A DNA stretch of 64,000 nt from an uncultured Candidatus Rokubacteria bacterium (GCA_963754315.1 CAVWFS010000003.1:64001-128000), one strand, 5' to 3'. Shown: positions 39,330-48,779, counted from the first letter of the stretch. Numbers and translations are program-made. Notes: generated by a model from the letters alone, not told the origin.

Positions 39330-39355
39330 GGCGGATCGAGGTCAAACCAGGAGGC

Positions 39356-39561
39356 TGGCGGAGAGACACCCGGGCGCCGGAAAGCACAGGTGTAACCGAG
39401 GGACGCGGGGAGCCGGGCGCGGCCCCAGGGAATTGGCGGAGAGAAACCCCGGGCACCGGAAAGCACACGTGTAACCGAGGGACAAGAGGGGCCGGGCGCA
39501 GGCCCAGAGCTTGGCGGAGAGAAACCCCGGGCACCGGAAAGCACACGTGTAACCGAGGGAC
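39356..39561. repeat. Three ~50-bp direct repeats at 78-bp period
   Basis: TGGCGGAGAGAAACCCCGGGCACCGGAAAGCACACGTGTAACCGAGGGAC at 39434 and 39512 (identical) and a variant at 39356. Confidence 0.95.
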
Positions 39562-39628
39562 GCCCCGGGTCCCCCGGGGCGTCGCGAGCGCCCAGGGGGG
39601 CATGGGGGGCCCTTTCGAGGCCCCCCAT
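39561..39628. repeat. REP-like double-hairpin element
   Basis: CGCCCCGGG..CCCGGGGCG, then GAGCG..G6, then ATGGGGGG..CCCCCCAT. Confidence 0.8.
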
Positions 39629-39646
39629 TCCAACAGGAGGATCGTG

Positions 39647-40069
39647 ATGCAACGAAGGTGGCGGAACGTGTCCATGGTGTGGCTGGCTGCGATCCTGGCA
39701 GGCTGTGCGACCATGTCAGCGCCGGCCGATTGGCAGCCCGGGGACCTTCAGCCCCACATCAGCGGCTGGCAGCAGTATTTCCGGATCCAGTGGACGGCGA
39801 CACCACGGGGGGCTGCTGGTGTCCTCGTCGACGGGCACATCACCAATACTTGGGGCTTCACCGCCCAGAAGATACAGGTCTTGGTGAACGGATACGATGC
39901 CGCCGGAAAGCAGGTGGGTCAACGCATCGCCTGGGGACCCAACGAGATCAATCCGGGTGGTCGCGTCTACTTCGACGTCACCGTACCTCCCGGCGCGAAT
40001 ACCTATGACGTCAGCATATTCTCGTGGAACTGGGTGCAGGTCGGCTTCAACCTCGAGCAGCACCCATAG
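39647..40069 (+). CDS. Small lipoprotein, paralog 3
   Basis: SD AGGAGG, lipobox LAGC, same motifs. Confidence 0.85.
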   Translation: MQRRWRNVSMVWLAAILAGCATMSAPADWQPGDLQPHISGWQQYFRIQWTATPRGAAGVLVDGHITNTWGFTAQKIQVLVNGYDAAGKQVGQRIAWGPNEINPGGRVYFDVTVPPGANTYDVSIFSWNWVQVGFNLEQHP

Positions 40070-40082
40070 GAGCGGAGAAACC

Positions 40083-40922
40083 ATGGGCGGGTTCAAGGAT
40101 CTCCTCGTCGTGCTCGATACCGCCAAGAGCTGTTTGACTCGTATCGATGTGGCGACCGGCTTGGCGAGTCGGTTCGGCGCCCATCTGACAGGACTGTACG
40201 TATCACCGCCGCCCCAGGTCCCGGCCGTGATCGAGGCGCAACTCACCCCGGAGCTCGTTGAGCTGCAGATGCGAACCTTGGGCGAGGCAACCACGCGCGT
40301 GCAAGAACTTTTTCGCCGAAGGTCCGAAGGTGGGGGCTTCCCCACCGAGTGGCGCGCCCGAGAAGGCGAGGCCGGCGAGGTCGCCACCCTGCACAGCCGC
40401 TATGCTGACGTGGCAATCGTGGGCCAGGCCGATCCGGACGACGACGCGCTCGGTTCAACCGGCGACTTGCCCGAGCGAATCGTGCTGGGCTCGGGACGCC
40501 CCGTCCTCGTCGTTCCCTACGCGGGCACCTTCAAGACGGTTGGGCAACGGGTCCTGGTGGCCTGGAACGCCAGCCGGGAGGCTACCCGCAGCGTGAACGA
40601 TGCGCTGCCTCTGCTGGAGGGCGCAGCCAAAGTGACAGTCCTGGCCATCAACCCCCGCGGGGGATTGCGTGGTCACGGAGAGTTGCCTGGCGCCGATATC
40701 GCCTTGCACCTGGCCCGTCATGGAGTCAGGGCGGAGGCCGCGTCCCTCACGTCTGACGACGTGGAAGTCGGTGCCTTGCTCCTCTCTCAGGCGGCCGATC
40801 TCGATGCCGACCTCATCGTCATGGGAGCGTACGGTCAGTCCCGCCTGCGGGAATTCGTGCTCGGGGGAGCGACCCGCGAGATCTTGCGAACTATGACCGT
40901 GCCCGTGTTCATGGCGCATTGA
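40083..40922 (+). CDS. Universal stress protein (tandem UspA domains)
   Basis: SGRPVLVVP, VAWNASREA, MGAYGQSRLREFVLGGATR. Confidence 0.92.
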   Translation: MGGFKDLLVVLDTAKSCLTRIDVATGLASRFGAHLTGLYVSPPPQVPAVIEAQLTPELVELQMRTLGEATTRVQELFRRRSEGGGFPTEWRAREGEAGEVATLHSRYADVAIVGQADPDDDALGSTGDLPERIVLGSGRPVLVVPYAGTFKTVGQRVLVAWNASREATRSVNDALPLLEGAAKVTVLAINPRGGLRGHGELPGADIALHLARHGVRAEAASLTSDDVEVGALLLSQAADLDADLIVMGAYGQSRLREFVLGGATREILRTMTVPVFMAH

Positions 40923-40967
40923 CCATGATCGGGGGGAGCGCCGCCGCGCGAAAAGGGAGAGGATGAG

Positions 40968-41564
40968 CTAACTGAGAACACGGTGGCTGCGACGCCAGAG
41001 CGCGAAGCTGATCCACGTGGCGCCGCCCACGAGGAGCACGAGCGCGAGCCAGCTCTCGATCCGGCGCACGTCGTCGAGGATGACTCGCAGGTGCGCCGTG
41101 AAGAAGTAGGCGATGGCGAAGTTCAGGGGGACGCCGTAGGCGATGGCCGCGCCGTCGGCAACGATGAACTTCCAGAAGGGGAGCCTCACGATTCCGGCCG
41201 TGAGGAACGCGGCGGCCCGCAATCCGATCACGTGCCGGGCCGCAAAGACGATAAGCATTCCGTTCCGCCGGTAGGCGGCCTCCAGCGAGTCACGTCGCTT
41301 GACGTCCAGCAATCGCCCCACGAGGGGTAGGTCGAGGACCCGCTCACCCCACTGGCGCCCGGTCCAATAGAGCACGAGATCACCCGTGACCACTCCCGCG
41401 ATGCACGTGGCGAGGGCGAACCACCAGCGGACGACACGCTGATGGGCGAGCACCCCCGCCGTGACGATGGGAACCTCTTCCGGGATGGGCAGCCCGATCC
41501 CCCCCAGACAGAGGGCCACGTAGATGCCGATATAGGGTGAACTGGCGATGAGCCGCTCGATCAC
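40968..41564 (-). CDS. DedA family membrane protein
   Basis: GLPIPEE, GDLVLYWTGR, ARHVIGLR. Confidence 0.9.
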   Translation of the reverse strand: MIERLIASSPYIGIYVALCLGGIGLPIPEEVPIVTAGVLAHQRVVRWWFALATCIAGVVTGDLVLYWTGRQWGERVLDLPLVGRLLDVKRRDSLEAAYRRNGMLIVFAARHVIGLRAAAFLTAGIVRLPFWKFIVADGAAIAYGVPLNFAIAYFFTAHLRVILDDVRRIESWLALVLLVGGATWISFALWRRSHRVLS

Positions 41565-41576
41565 GCGCCGAGCTTC

Positions 41577-41631
41577 TCTAAGATTTTTCTCATCTCCGCC
41601 TCACGACGCTCTCACCTCGATCCGCTACGCT
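41577..41631 (+). promoter_or_regulatory. Four 11-bp-phased direct repeats plus a -10 element upstream of degP
   Basis: TCTAA 41577, TCTCA 41588, CCTCA 41599, TCTCA 41610; TACGCT at 41626. Confidence 0.6.
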
Positions 41632-41669
41632 TCCTCAAGACGCAGCATAAGCCTCAAGGAGGAGCACAC

Positions 41670-43194
41670 ATGACGGATCACGGGAACGTGGACAACGGAG
41701 GGGAACGGCGCGAGGTGAATCCGCACGTGATGCCGCCTGCCCGGCGACAGCGGCGCTGGCTGTGGCCGGTGGCGGGCGTTGCGGTGGCGGCGGCCATCGT
41801 GGGAGTGTCACCGCACATGGGCCTCACCAAGGCCTATGAAGACGCCCCTATGGACGGAACGCCCGGCAATAACGGCGCCCTCGCAGACCTTAGCCCCGGA
41901 CTGGGTGCGCCTGGGCAAGGAGATCAAGCCGGCCGTTGTGAACATCGCTATCAAGCGAGACGCCGAGAGCGGAGAGGCGGGGCGAGAGGGCATGCCACGC
42001 GGCAGTGATCCGCGGGAGCAGTTCCGGCGGTTCTTCGAGCGAGAGCCCAAGCGGCCTAGCCGCGGGATGGGAACGGGCTTCATCATCAATCCCGATGGTT
42101 ACATCGTGACCAACAACCACGTCGTCGACGGCGCCGGCCAGATCCAGGTCAAGCTTGCCGACGGGCGCGAGTTCTCCGGCAAGGTCGTGGGCGGCGACCC
42201 CAAGACCGACCTGGCCATGGTGAAGATCGAGGCCACTGGTCTTCCGGTGATCCCCTTCGGAGATTCGTCCAGGCTGGAAGTGGGCGAGCCGGTCATGGCG
42301 ATCGGCAACCCATTCGGGCTCGAGGCCACGGTGACCACGGGGATCGTGAGCGCCACCGGCCGCGTGATCGGCAGCGGTCCCTACGATGACTACATCCAGA
42401 CGGACGCGTCGATCAACCCTGGTAACAGCGGCGGCCCGCTGGTCAATGCGCAAGGGCAAGTGATCGGGATCAACACGGCGATCTACAGCGAGACAGGCGG
42501 GTCGGTCGGCATCGGCTTCGCCATTCCCGCCAATCTCGCCAAGACGGTCGTGACCCAGCTGGCAGATCACGGCCATGTGGTACGCGGGTGGCTGGGAGTC
42601 GCGATTCAGCCGCTGACGCCAGAGCTGGCCAAGGCGTTCCAGCGCGAGGAGAAGAGTGGAGCGCTCGTCTCGTCGGTGACCGACGGCTCGCCCGCCCACA
42701 AGGCTGGCCTGAAGCCTGGTGACATCATCACGGAGTACGACGGTCGTCCCGTGGCGAAGACCGATGACCTGCCGCGCGCGGTGGCCGAGACACCAGTGGG
42801 CAAGGACGTGACGCTTCGGATCATCCGCGACGGAAAGCCCCTCACCCTCAACACCAAGATCGTCCAGCTCGACGATCCCGGCTCGCCGAAGGCTGCCAAG
42901 GCCGATGCCAAGGGCGCGCTCGGGCTCTCCGTGCAGCCCCTGACCCCCTCGCTGGCCAAGGAGCTGGGTCTCAAGACTGAGCAGGGCGTGGTCGTGGCCG
43001 ACGTGGCCGAGGGCAGTCCAGCCGCCGGCGCAGGGCTTCGCCAGCGCGACGTGATCGTGGAAGCCGATCATCAGAAGGTCACGACGGTCGACGATCTGAA
43101 GCGGAGCGTGGACCGGAAGAAGGGGAAGGGGACGCCCGTTCTTCTCCTCGTGAATCGAAACGGAGCTAGCCTGTACGTGGCAGTCACCGTGTGA
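41670..43194 (+). CDS. DegP/DegQ (HtrA) serine protease with two PDZ domains; frameshift near 41835
   Basis: SD AAGGAGGAG, TM anchor in ORF 41670; TNNHV, DLA, GNSGG in ORF 41779. Confidence 0.92.
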
Positions 43195-43197
43195 CGA

Positions 43198-43263
43198 ATG
43201 GGGGCCTGAACAGAGCCCCCGTCCCATCGAACGCGAAGCGCCCCGGGGTACCCCGGGGCGCTC
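43198..43263. repeat. REP-like double-hairpin element between convergent genes (inverted orientation)
   Basis: ATGGGGGC..GCCCCCGT and CGCCCCGGGGTACCCCGGGGCG. Confidence 0.8.
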
Positions 43264-43315
43264 GTGATTTTCGGCCCGCGAGTCGGTTGTGGAGTCGGAG
43301 GCCCGCTCACCAGGG

Positions 43316-44155
43316 CTACAGGAAGGCCGTCCAGACGGCCAGTGCGAATGAGAGCGCGGTGAGCAGCAGACACACGGCGGCCCCCAGCTGATCGACTCCC
43401 CGCTCCGTGCGATGTTCGGCCAGAGAGACAATAAAGCCAGCGAGCAGGCCGCCCAGGAACCCTCCCGCGTGAGCGTAGTTGTTGACGCTCGCCATGACGA
43501 ACCCGAGCAGGAAGAGAATCAACGCCCACGTCCCGTACTGCCGGAGCACCATGGAGCCGAACGTCCCGCCCCGGCGTCGCCCATACGCCACCATGGCACC
43601 CAGCAACCCGAAAATCGATCCCGAGGCGCCCACCGTGAGGGGAATCCCCACAAGGTTGGAGAGAGCAAAGCCTGCCACCCCCGCCACCGTGAAGATCACC
43701 ACTGTACGCGCCGGCCCGTACAGCTCCTCGATGGCAGGCCCGAGCTGACGGATCCAGAGGAGATTGAACAGAATGTGGAACACGTCGCCGTGCAGATAGA
43801 TGGCTGTGAGCAGCGTCCACCAGCGCCCCGCGTGGATGGGCAACGCCCCAGTGGCGCCCAAGGCTAGCAAGGCCTGGCTACTGGGAGCAAAGGCGTTGAA
43901 CAGGCCTCGCGAACGAAAGATGCTCCCAGGATCGATGAGCAAGGAAACGAGATATGCGGCGATGCACACGACGGTGACGACGTCGGTGAAGCGCCGGTGT
44001 CGGAAGAGCGCCCGCAGAGGATCGGCCAGGCCCCACATCCCGGGGTTGCGCCGTCCGCACACGAGACACTGCAAGGCATCGGCATTGGTGAGGCGGCCGC
44101 AAGAAGGACAGAGAATCGCTCCGCGGGTCTTACGAAACAACGAGGTGCCTCCCAT
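43316..44155 (-). CDS. Rhomboid intramembrane protease with N-terminal zinc ribbon
   Basis: CPSC..CLVC, HILFN, GASG, AHAGG. Confidence 0.92.
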   Translation of the reverse strand: MGGTSLFRKTRGAILCPSCGRLTNADALQCLVCGRRNPGMWGLADPLRALFRHRRFTDVVTVVCIAAYLVSLLIDPGSIFRSRGLFNAFAPSSQALLALGATGALPIHAGRWWTLLTAIYLHGDVFHILFNLLWIRQLGPAIEELYGPARTVVIFTVAGVAGFALSNLVGIPLTVGASGSIFGLLGAMVAYGRRRGGTFGSMVLRQYGTWALILFLLGFVMASVNNYAHAGGFLGGLLAGFIVSLAEHRTERGVDQLGAAVCLLLTALSFALAVWTAFL

Positions 44156-44178
44156 GAGCGTGCGCGATCACGCTCGGC

Positions 44179-44273
44179 ATGCTACTCAGTGGCGACAAAG
44201 GCTGTCAACTCAAGGACTTTGCCGACAGAAGGGTCGGGGAACGGTTGACACCGTCCTGGGTGGCACGTAACAT
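44179..44273. promoter_or_regulatory. Back-to-back sigma70 promoters for the rhomboid gene and hppA
   Basis: Minus TTGACA-N18-TAGCAT (44208-44179); plus TTGACA-N17-TAACAT (44245-44273). Confidence 0.75.
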
Positions 44274-44277
44274 TCTG

Positions 44278-44340
44278 AGGGTTTGGGAAGTCACCGCCCG
44301 GCCGTGCCGACCGAGGTGATTGAGCACCCTTCGAAGGAGA
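44278..44340 (+). ncRNA. Structured 5' UTR of hppA, candidate riboswitch (possibly Na+-I/DUF1646 class)
   Basis: Nested stems AGGGT/ACCCT, AGTCACC/GGTGATT, CGG/CCG; competing CCT/AGG hairpin over the SD. Confidence 0.5.
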
Positions 44341-44348
44341 ATCTCAGG

Positions 44349-46853
44349 ATGAGCCTGACTCGCCTCGCCCCTGGCCGCGCTCGTTCCGTCGCTCTACTGC
44401 TCGTACTCGCCCTGGCGCTGTTGAGCACCGTGTGCCCTGCCCTGGCTCAGACCCCCGCGCCAGCTGCGCATCCAGGTGGAGGAGAGGCGAATCTGAGGAT
44501 CCCGGACCTTTCCCAGGTCAGTGTGGGTGGCCTGAATAGTCGAACCCTGCTGGGCCTCGGGCTGGTCGTCTGCGTCCTCGGGCTCGTCTTCGGGCTGGTG
44601 ATCTACGGTCAGCTTCGCCGCCTGCCGGTGCACGAGTCGATGCGCGAGATCTCGGAGCTCATCTACGAGACGTGCAAGACCTACCTCGTCACGCAGGGGA
44701 AGTTCATCCTCATCCTCGAGATCTTCATCGGCGCCATCATCCTGCTCTACTTTGGTTTCCTCCTGCACTTCGAGGCGATCAAGGTCGCGATCATCCTGCT
44801 GTTCAGTCTGATCGGGATTGCGGGCAGCTACGGCGTCGCGTGGTTCGGCATCCGCATCAATACCTTCGCCAACTCCCGCACGGCCTTCGCCAGTCTGGAG
44901 GGCAAAGCCTTCCCGGTGTACGCCATCCCCCTCAAGGCCGGCATGAGCATCGGGATGCTCCTCATCAGCGTGGAACTGTTCTTGATGTTGTGCATCCTGC
45001 TTTTCATCCCGGGTGACTATGCCGGCGCGTGCTTCATCGGCTTCGCGATCGGGGAGTCGCTGGGGGCGGCCGCCTTGCGGATCGCGGGGGGGATCTTCAC
45101 CAAGATCGCCGACATCGGGTCCGATCTGATGAAGATCGTCTTCAACATCAAAGAGGACGATGCCCGCAACCCCGGCGTCATCGCCGACTGCACAGGTGAC
45201 AACGCCGGAGATTCGGTGGGCCCCAGCGCCGACGGCTTCGAGACCTACGGGGTGACCGGGGTGGCCCTCATCTCCTTCATCCTGCTGGCGGTTCCCCAGC
45301 AAATCATCCAGGTCCAGCTCCTGGTGTGGATCTTTGTCATGCGGGTCATGATGATCCTTGCCAGCGGGTTCTCCTATCTGGTGAACGAGGCCTTCGCACG
45401 CGCCCGCTACGGCAACGCGCGGAACATGAACTTCGAAGCCCCGCTCACGAATCTCGTCTGGCTGACGTCGCTCGTCTCGGTGGTCGTGACCTACATCGCC
45501 TCGTACGTGCTGATCGGCAGCCTGGGCGATGGGACGCTCTGGTGGAAGCTATCCACCGTGATCACGTGCGGTACCCTGGCCGGTGCCATCATTCCCGAGT
45601 TCGTCAAGATCTTCACCTCGACCGAGTCAGCCCATGTGCGCGAGGTCGTGGCCGCCTCCCGGGAGGGAGGCGCCTCGCTCAACGTCCTGTCCGGATTCGT
45701 GGCCGGCAACTTCAGCGCGTACTGGCTGGGCATGGTCATCGTGGTTCTCATGGGTATCGCCTATGGCATGAGCACCTTGGGGTTGGGTGCCCTGATGGTC
45801 GCGCCGGCCGTCTTTGCCTTTGGCCTGGTGGCCTTCGGCTTCCTGGGGATGGGTCCGGTGACCATCGCGGTGGACTCCTACGGGCCGGTGACGGACAACG
45901 CGCAGTCGGTCTTCGAGCTGTCGGTCATCGAGCAGATTCCGGACATCAAGCCGACCATCCGGCGCCAGTACGGATTCGACGTCGACTTCGAGGTGGCCAA
46001 GCAGCTCTTGGAGGAAAACGACGGGGCGGGCAACACCTTCAAGGCGACCGCCAAGCCCGTGCTCATCGGCACCGCCGTCGTCGGCGCCACCACCATGATC
46101 TTTTCGATCATCGTGGTCTTGACCCACGGGCTCACGCAGAACCTGGACAAGCTCTCGTTGCTCTACCCACCCTTCCTGCTCGGCCTCATCACGGGAGGCG
46201 CGGTCATCTACTGGTTCACGGGCGCGGCCACCCAGGCCGTGACGACGGGCGCCTATCGGGCGGTGGAGTTTATCAAGGCCAACATCAGGCTGGATGGGAC
46301 CAAGGCCTCGGTGAGCGACAGCAAGCGAGTGGTGGAGATCTGCACGCAGTACGCGCAGAAGGGGATGTTCAACATTTTCATGACCGTCTTTTTCTCCACG
46401 TTGGCCTTCGCCTTTCTGGAGCCGTATTTCTTCATCGGCTACCTGATCTCGATTGCGCTGTTCGGGCTCTACCAGGCGGTCTTCATGGCCAATGCGGGGG
46501 GAGCGTGGGACAACGCCAAGAAGATCGTCGAGGTCGAGCTGAAAGAGAAGGGCAGCCCCCTCCACGCGGCCACCGTGGTGGGCGACACCGTGGGCGACCC
46601 CTTCAAGGACACCTCGTCGGTGGCCATGAATCCCGTCATCAAGTTCACCACCCTCTTCGGCCTCCTGGCCGTGGAGCTGGCGGTGACCCTCACCGCCGAC
46701 CGGGGCCCGGCGCTCACGCGCGTGCTGGCCGCGCTCTTCTTCGCCGTGTCGGTCCTGTTCGTGTACCGTTCGTTCTACGGGATGCGGATCCGGGGCGGGA
46801 CGGAAGCGGCCGGGGTCGATCGACCGGTGAGCGCAATGGCGCGCGGCAAGTAG
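44349..46853 (+). CDS. hppA: Membrane-bound ion-translocating pyrophosphatase, divergent K+-independent type
   Basis: GGIFTKIADIGSDL, EDDARNPGVIAD, GPVTDNA, GNTFKAT, GGAWDNAKK, GDPFKDT. Confidence 0.95.
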   Translation: MSLTRLAPGRARSVALLLVLALALLSTVCPALAQTPAPAAHPGGGEANLRIPDLSQVSVGGLNSRTLLGLGLVVCVLGLVFGLVIYGQLRRLPVHESMREISELIYETCKTYLVTQGKFILILEIFIGAIILLYFGFLLHFEAIKVAIILLFSLIGIAGSYGVAWFGIRINTFANSRTAFASLEGKAFPVYAIPLKAGMSIGMLLISVELFLMLCILLFIPGDYAGACFIGFAIGESLGAAALRIAGGIFTKIADIGSDLMKIVFNIKEDDARNPGVIADCTGDNAGDSVGPSADGFETYGVTGVALISFILLAVPQQIIQVQLLVWIFVMRVMMILASGFSYLVNEAFARARYGNARNMNFEAPLTNLVWLTSLVSVVVTYIASYVLIGSLGDGTLWWKLSTVITCGTLAGAIIPEFVKIFTSTESAHVREVVAASREGGASLNVLSGFVAGNFSAYWLGMVIVVLMGIAYGMSTLGLGALMVAPAVFAFGLVAFGFLGMGPVTIAVDSYGPVTDNAQSVFELSVIEQIPDIKPTIRRQYGFDVDFEVAKQLLEENDGAGNTFKATAKPVLIGTAVVGATTMIFSIIVVLTHGLTQNLDKLSLLYPPFLLGLITGGAVIYWFTGAATQAVTTGAYRAVEFIKANIRLDGTKASVSDSKRVVEICTQYAQKGMFNIFMTVFFSTLAFAFLEPYFFIGYLISIALFGLYQAVFMANAGGAWDNAKKIVEVELKEKGSPLHAATVVGDTVGDPFKDTSSVAMNPVIKFTTLFGLLAVELAVTLTADRGPALTRVLAALFFAVSVLFVYRSFYGMRIRGGTEAAGVDRPVSAMARGK

Positions 46854-46859
46854 CCGCGC

Positions 46860-47483
46860 GTGGAGTTCCTGGTTGGTGTCCTCACCGGCACCCACTCGCT
46901 GGACGGGCTGATTCGGTGGGGCGGCTACGTTCTCCTCGCGGTCATCGTGTTCACCGAGACGGGGTTACTCGTCGGCTTCTTCCTCCCCGGTGACTCCTTG
47001 CTCATCACCGCGGGTCTGGTGGCGGCCGCCGGCGTGCTCAACATCTGGTGGATCAATGTGATCCTGATCGTGGCGGCAGTCGTCGGCGACAGCGTCGGCT
47101 ATGCCATCGGAGCCCGGTTGGGGCCGGCCCTGTTCACGCGGGAGAAGTCGCTGCTTTTCAACCCGCGCCACGTCGAACGGACGCGAGAGTTCTATGCCCG
47201 CTACGGGGCACGGACGATCGTGATCGCTCGCTTCGTTCCCATCATTCGGACCTTCGCCCCTGTTGTGGCTGGGGTCGGGAGGATGGAGTACCGTAAGTTC
47301 CTGACCTATAACGTAGCTGGGGGTGTGGGGTGGGTGCTCAGCATGACCTGGGCGGGGTATCTTCTCGGCAGCGTCATTCCGAATATCGACCAGTACATCC
47401 ACGTTGTGGTGGTCGTCGTCATCGTCCTGTCGTGTTTGCCGATTGTGTTCGAGATCCAGCGCGCGCGTCGTCGCTCGTCGTAG
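46860..47483 (+). CDS. DedA family (VTT domain) protein
   Basis: ETGLLVGFFLPGDSLL, ARFVPIIRTF. Confidence 0.93.
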   Translation: MEFLVGVLTGTHSLDGLIRWGGYVLLAVIVFTETGLLVGFFLPGDSLLITAGLVAAAGVLNIWWINVILIVAAVVGDSVGYAIGARLGPALFTREKSLLFNPRHVERTREFYARYGARTIVIARFVPIIRTFAPVVAGVGRMEYRKFLTYNVAGGVGWVLSMTWAGYLLGSVIPNIDQYIHVVVVVVIVLSCLPIVFEIQRARRRSS

Positions 47484-47493
47484 CAGGTCGGAT

Positions 47494-48153
47494 GTGACCA
47501 GACGCCGGTTGCTTCTCGGGGTGATCATGGCGGGGACGTGCCTGACACGTGTTGGGCCCGGGAACAGCCAGGCGACTGAGCCGGCCCGGATAGGCACCGT
47601 GAGCGGGACCGCGCTGGTTAGCGGTCCGAGGGCGGCCAGTCCCCCAGTTCCTCTGGCCGCGCTCGAGGTGCTGCTGGTACCGCGGTCTGACACGATCCTG
47701 GCGAACCTCGAACGTATCAAGCGCCAGTCACGTGACTCCATGACCGGCTATCGCACGGCGATCCCTGAGATACGGGAGGTCCTCGAGACGTTCGTACGGG
47801 ATCTCAAGGGCTCGGGTGATTTCTTGGTGGTCCCGCGGGCCACGGTCGATGATACCGGCCGCTTTGCCATCGAGGACGTTCCCGCGGGGCGATGGATCCT
47901 GCTTGGGCGCCGCTCGGTCTATGTCGATCGAGCGTCCAAGGATACCCGCAAGGAGACGGGGACCTACCAGACACAGCGGCGGCTAGTCGGCTACGAACGC
48001 GTCACGGTCTGGCTCCAGGAGGTCACGGTCGAGTCGGGGGTTGGTGCGTCAGTGGACCTGACCGACCGCAACGTGTGGTTCGAAGGCGTCGAGGAGAAAA
48101 CCGCCACCCGCGACCGCTCAGTTGTCCGCCCGAACCGCCGGTCCGATCATTGA
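47494..48153 (+). CDS. Secreted hypothetical protein (carboxypeptidase-regulatory-like beta sandwich)
   Basis: RRR plus hydrophobic N-terminus; GTVSG and GRFAIEDVPAGRW motifs. Confidence 0.6.
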   Translation: MTRRRLLLGVIMAGTCLTRVGPGNSQATEPARIGTVSGTALVSGPRAASPPVPLAALEVLLVPRSDTILANLERIKRQSRDSMTGYRTAIPEIREVLETFVRDLKGSGDFLVVPRATVDDTGRFAIEDVPAGRWILLGRRSVYVDRASKDTRKETGTYQTQRRLVGYERVTVWLQEVTVESGVGASVDLTDRNVWFEGVEEKTATRDRSVVRPNRRSDH

Positions 48154-48210
48154 CAGCGCTCCAGGGGAGCCTTGGCGCATTCCTCAGGAACACTGGAGGC
48201 TTGGGCCGAA

Positions 48211-48639
48211 CTAGGGCTTCTTTTCTGCTGGCTTGTCGACAGGTTTGGCCTCGGGCCTGGGGGGCGTGGTACGCGCCCTGACTGTCTGGGCGACGCGCTT
48301 TCCGCCGTGTTCCATGTAGCGAACCTGAACTGCGTCGCCTTCCTTCAGATCGGTCACGGTGATATCCTTGCCCGCCTTCCTGATCTTCGTGTTCGTGTCG
48401 AGCGCAAACGTCCATTCGGCAGCTTTCCCTTGGGATTTTCCCAGGACCACGAGGGTGGCGGGCGACGCCGACTTCACCCGCCCGACCGCGGTTTCCCCCG
48501 TTGTCGTCTCGTCCCGATCAGCAGACTTCTCCACCTTCATGCCGCCGCTTGGCGCCCCCACTGGTGTCTGGGCCGCAGCATGAGCGAGACCTCCAACCAG
48601 GAGAGCGCCGGCTACCAGCGGACCGATGAGCTCCTTCAC
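48211..48639 (-). CDS. Secreted small OB-fold protein (DUF5666-like)
   Basis: SD AGGAGGAG, signal peptide, TKIRK..DLKEGDAVQVRY. Confidence 0.7.
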   Translation of the reverse strand: MKELIGPLVAGALLVGGLAHAAAQTPVGAPSGGMKVEKSADRDETTTGETAVGRVKSASPATLVVLGKSQGKAAEWTFALDTNTKIRKAGKDITVTDLKEGDAVQVRYMEHGGKRVAQTVRARTTPPRPEAKPVDKPAEKKP

Positions 48640-48779
48640 GGGTGGCTCCTCCTATCTCTCTAAGCACTGGTGGCTCATGACCAAAATCTATCCGATTCTG
48701 ACGAGGGAGGGCCCGACCCGTCAAGGAAGTTGACCCGAACGCGCCTGCTGTGATATCAAGAGGCGCGTTGAGTCCTTCT

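Noticed and set aside
39356..39561. CRISPR array
   Set aside because: Only three repeats, 50 bp long, linkers homologous to each other, no cas genes or AT-rich leader in the window
44320..44348. Glycine riboswitch (GAAGGAG..TCTCAGG resemblance)
   Set aside because: Lacks the upstream GGAGA element and required stems; the match is explained by the SD region
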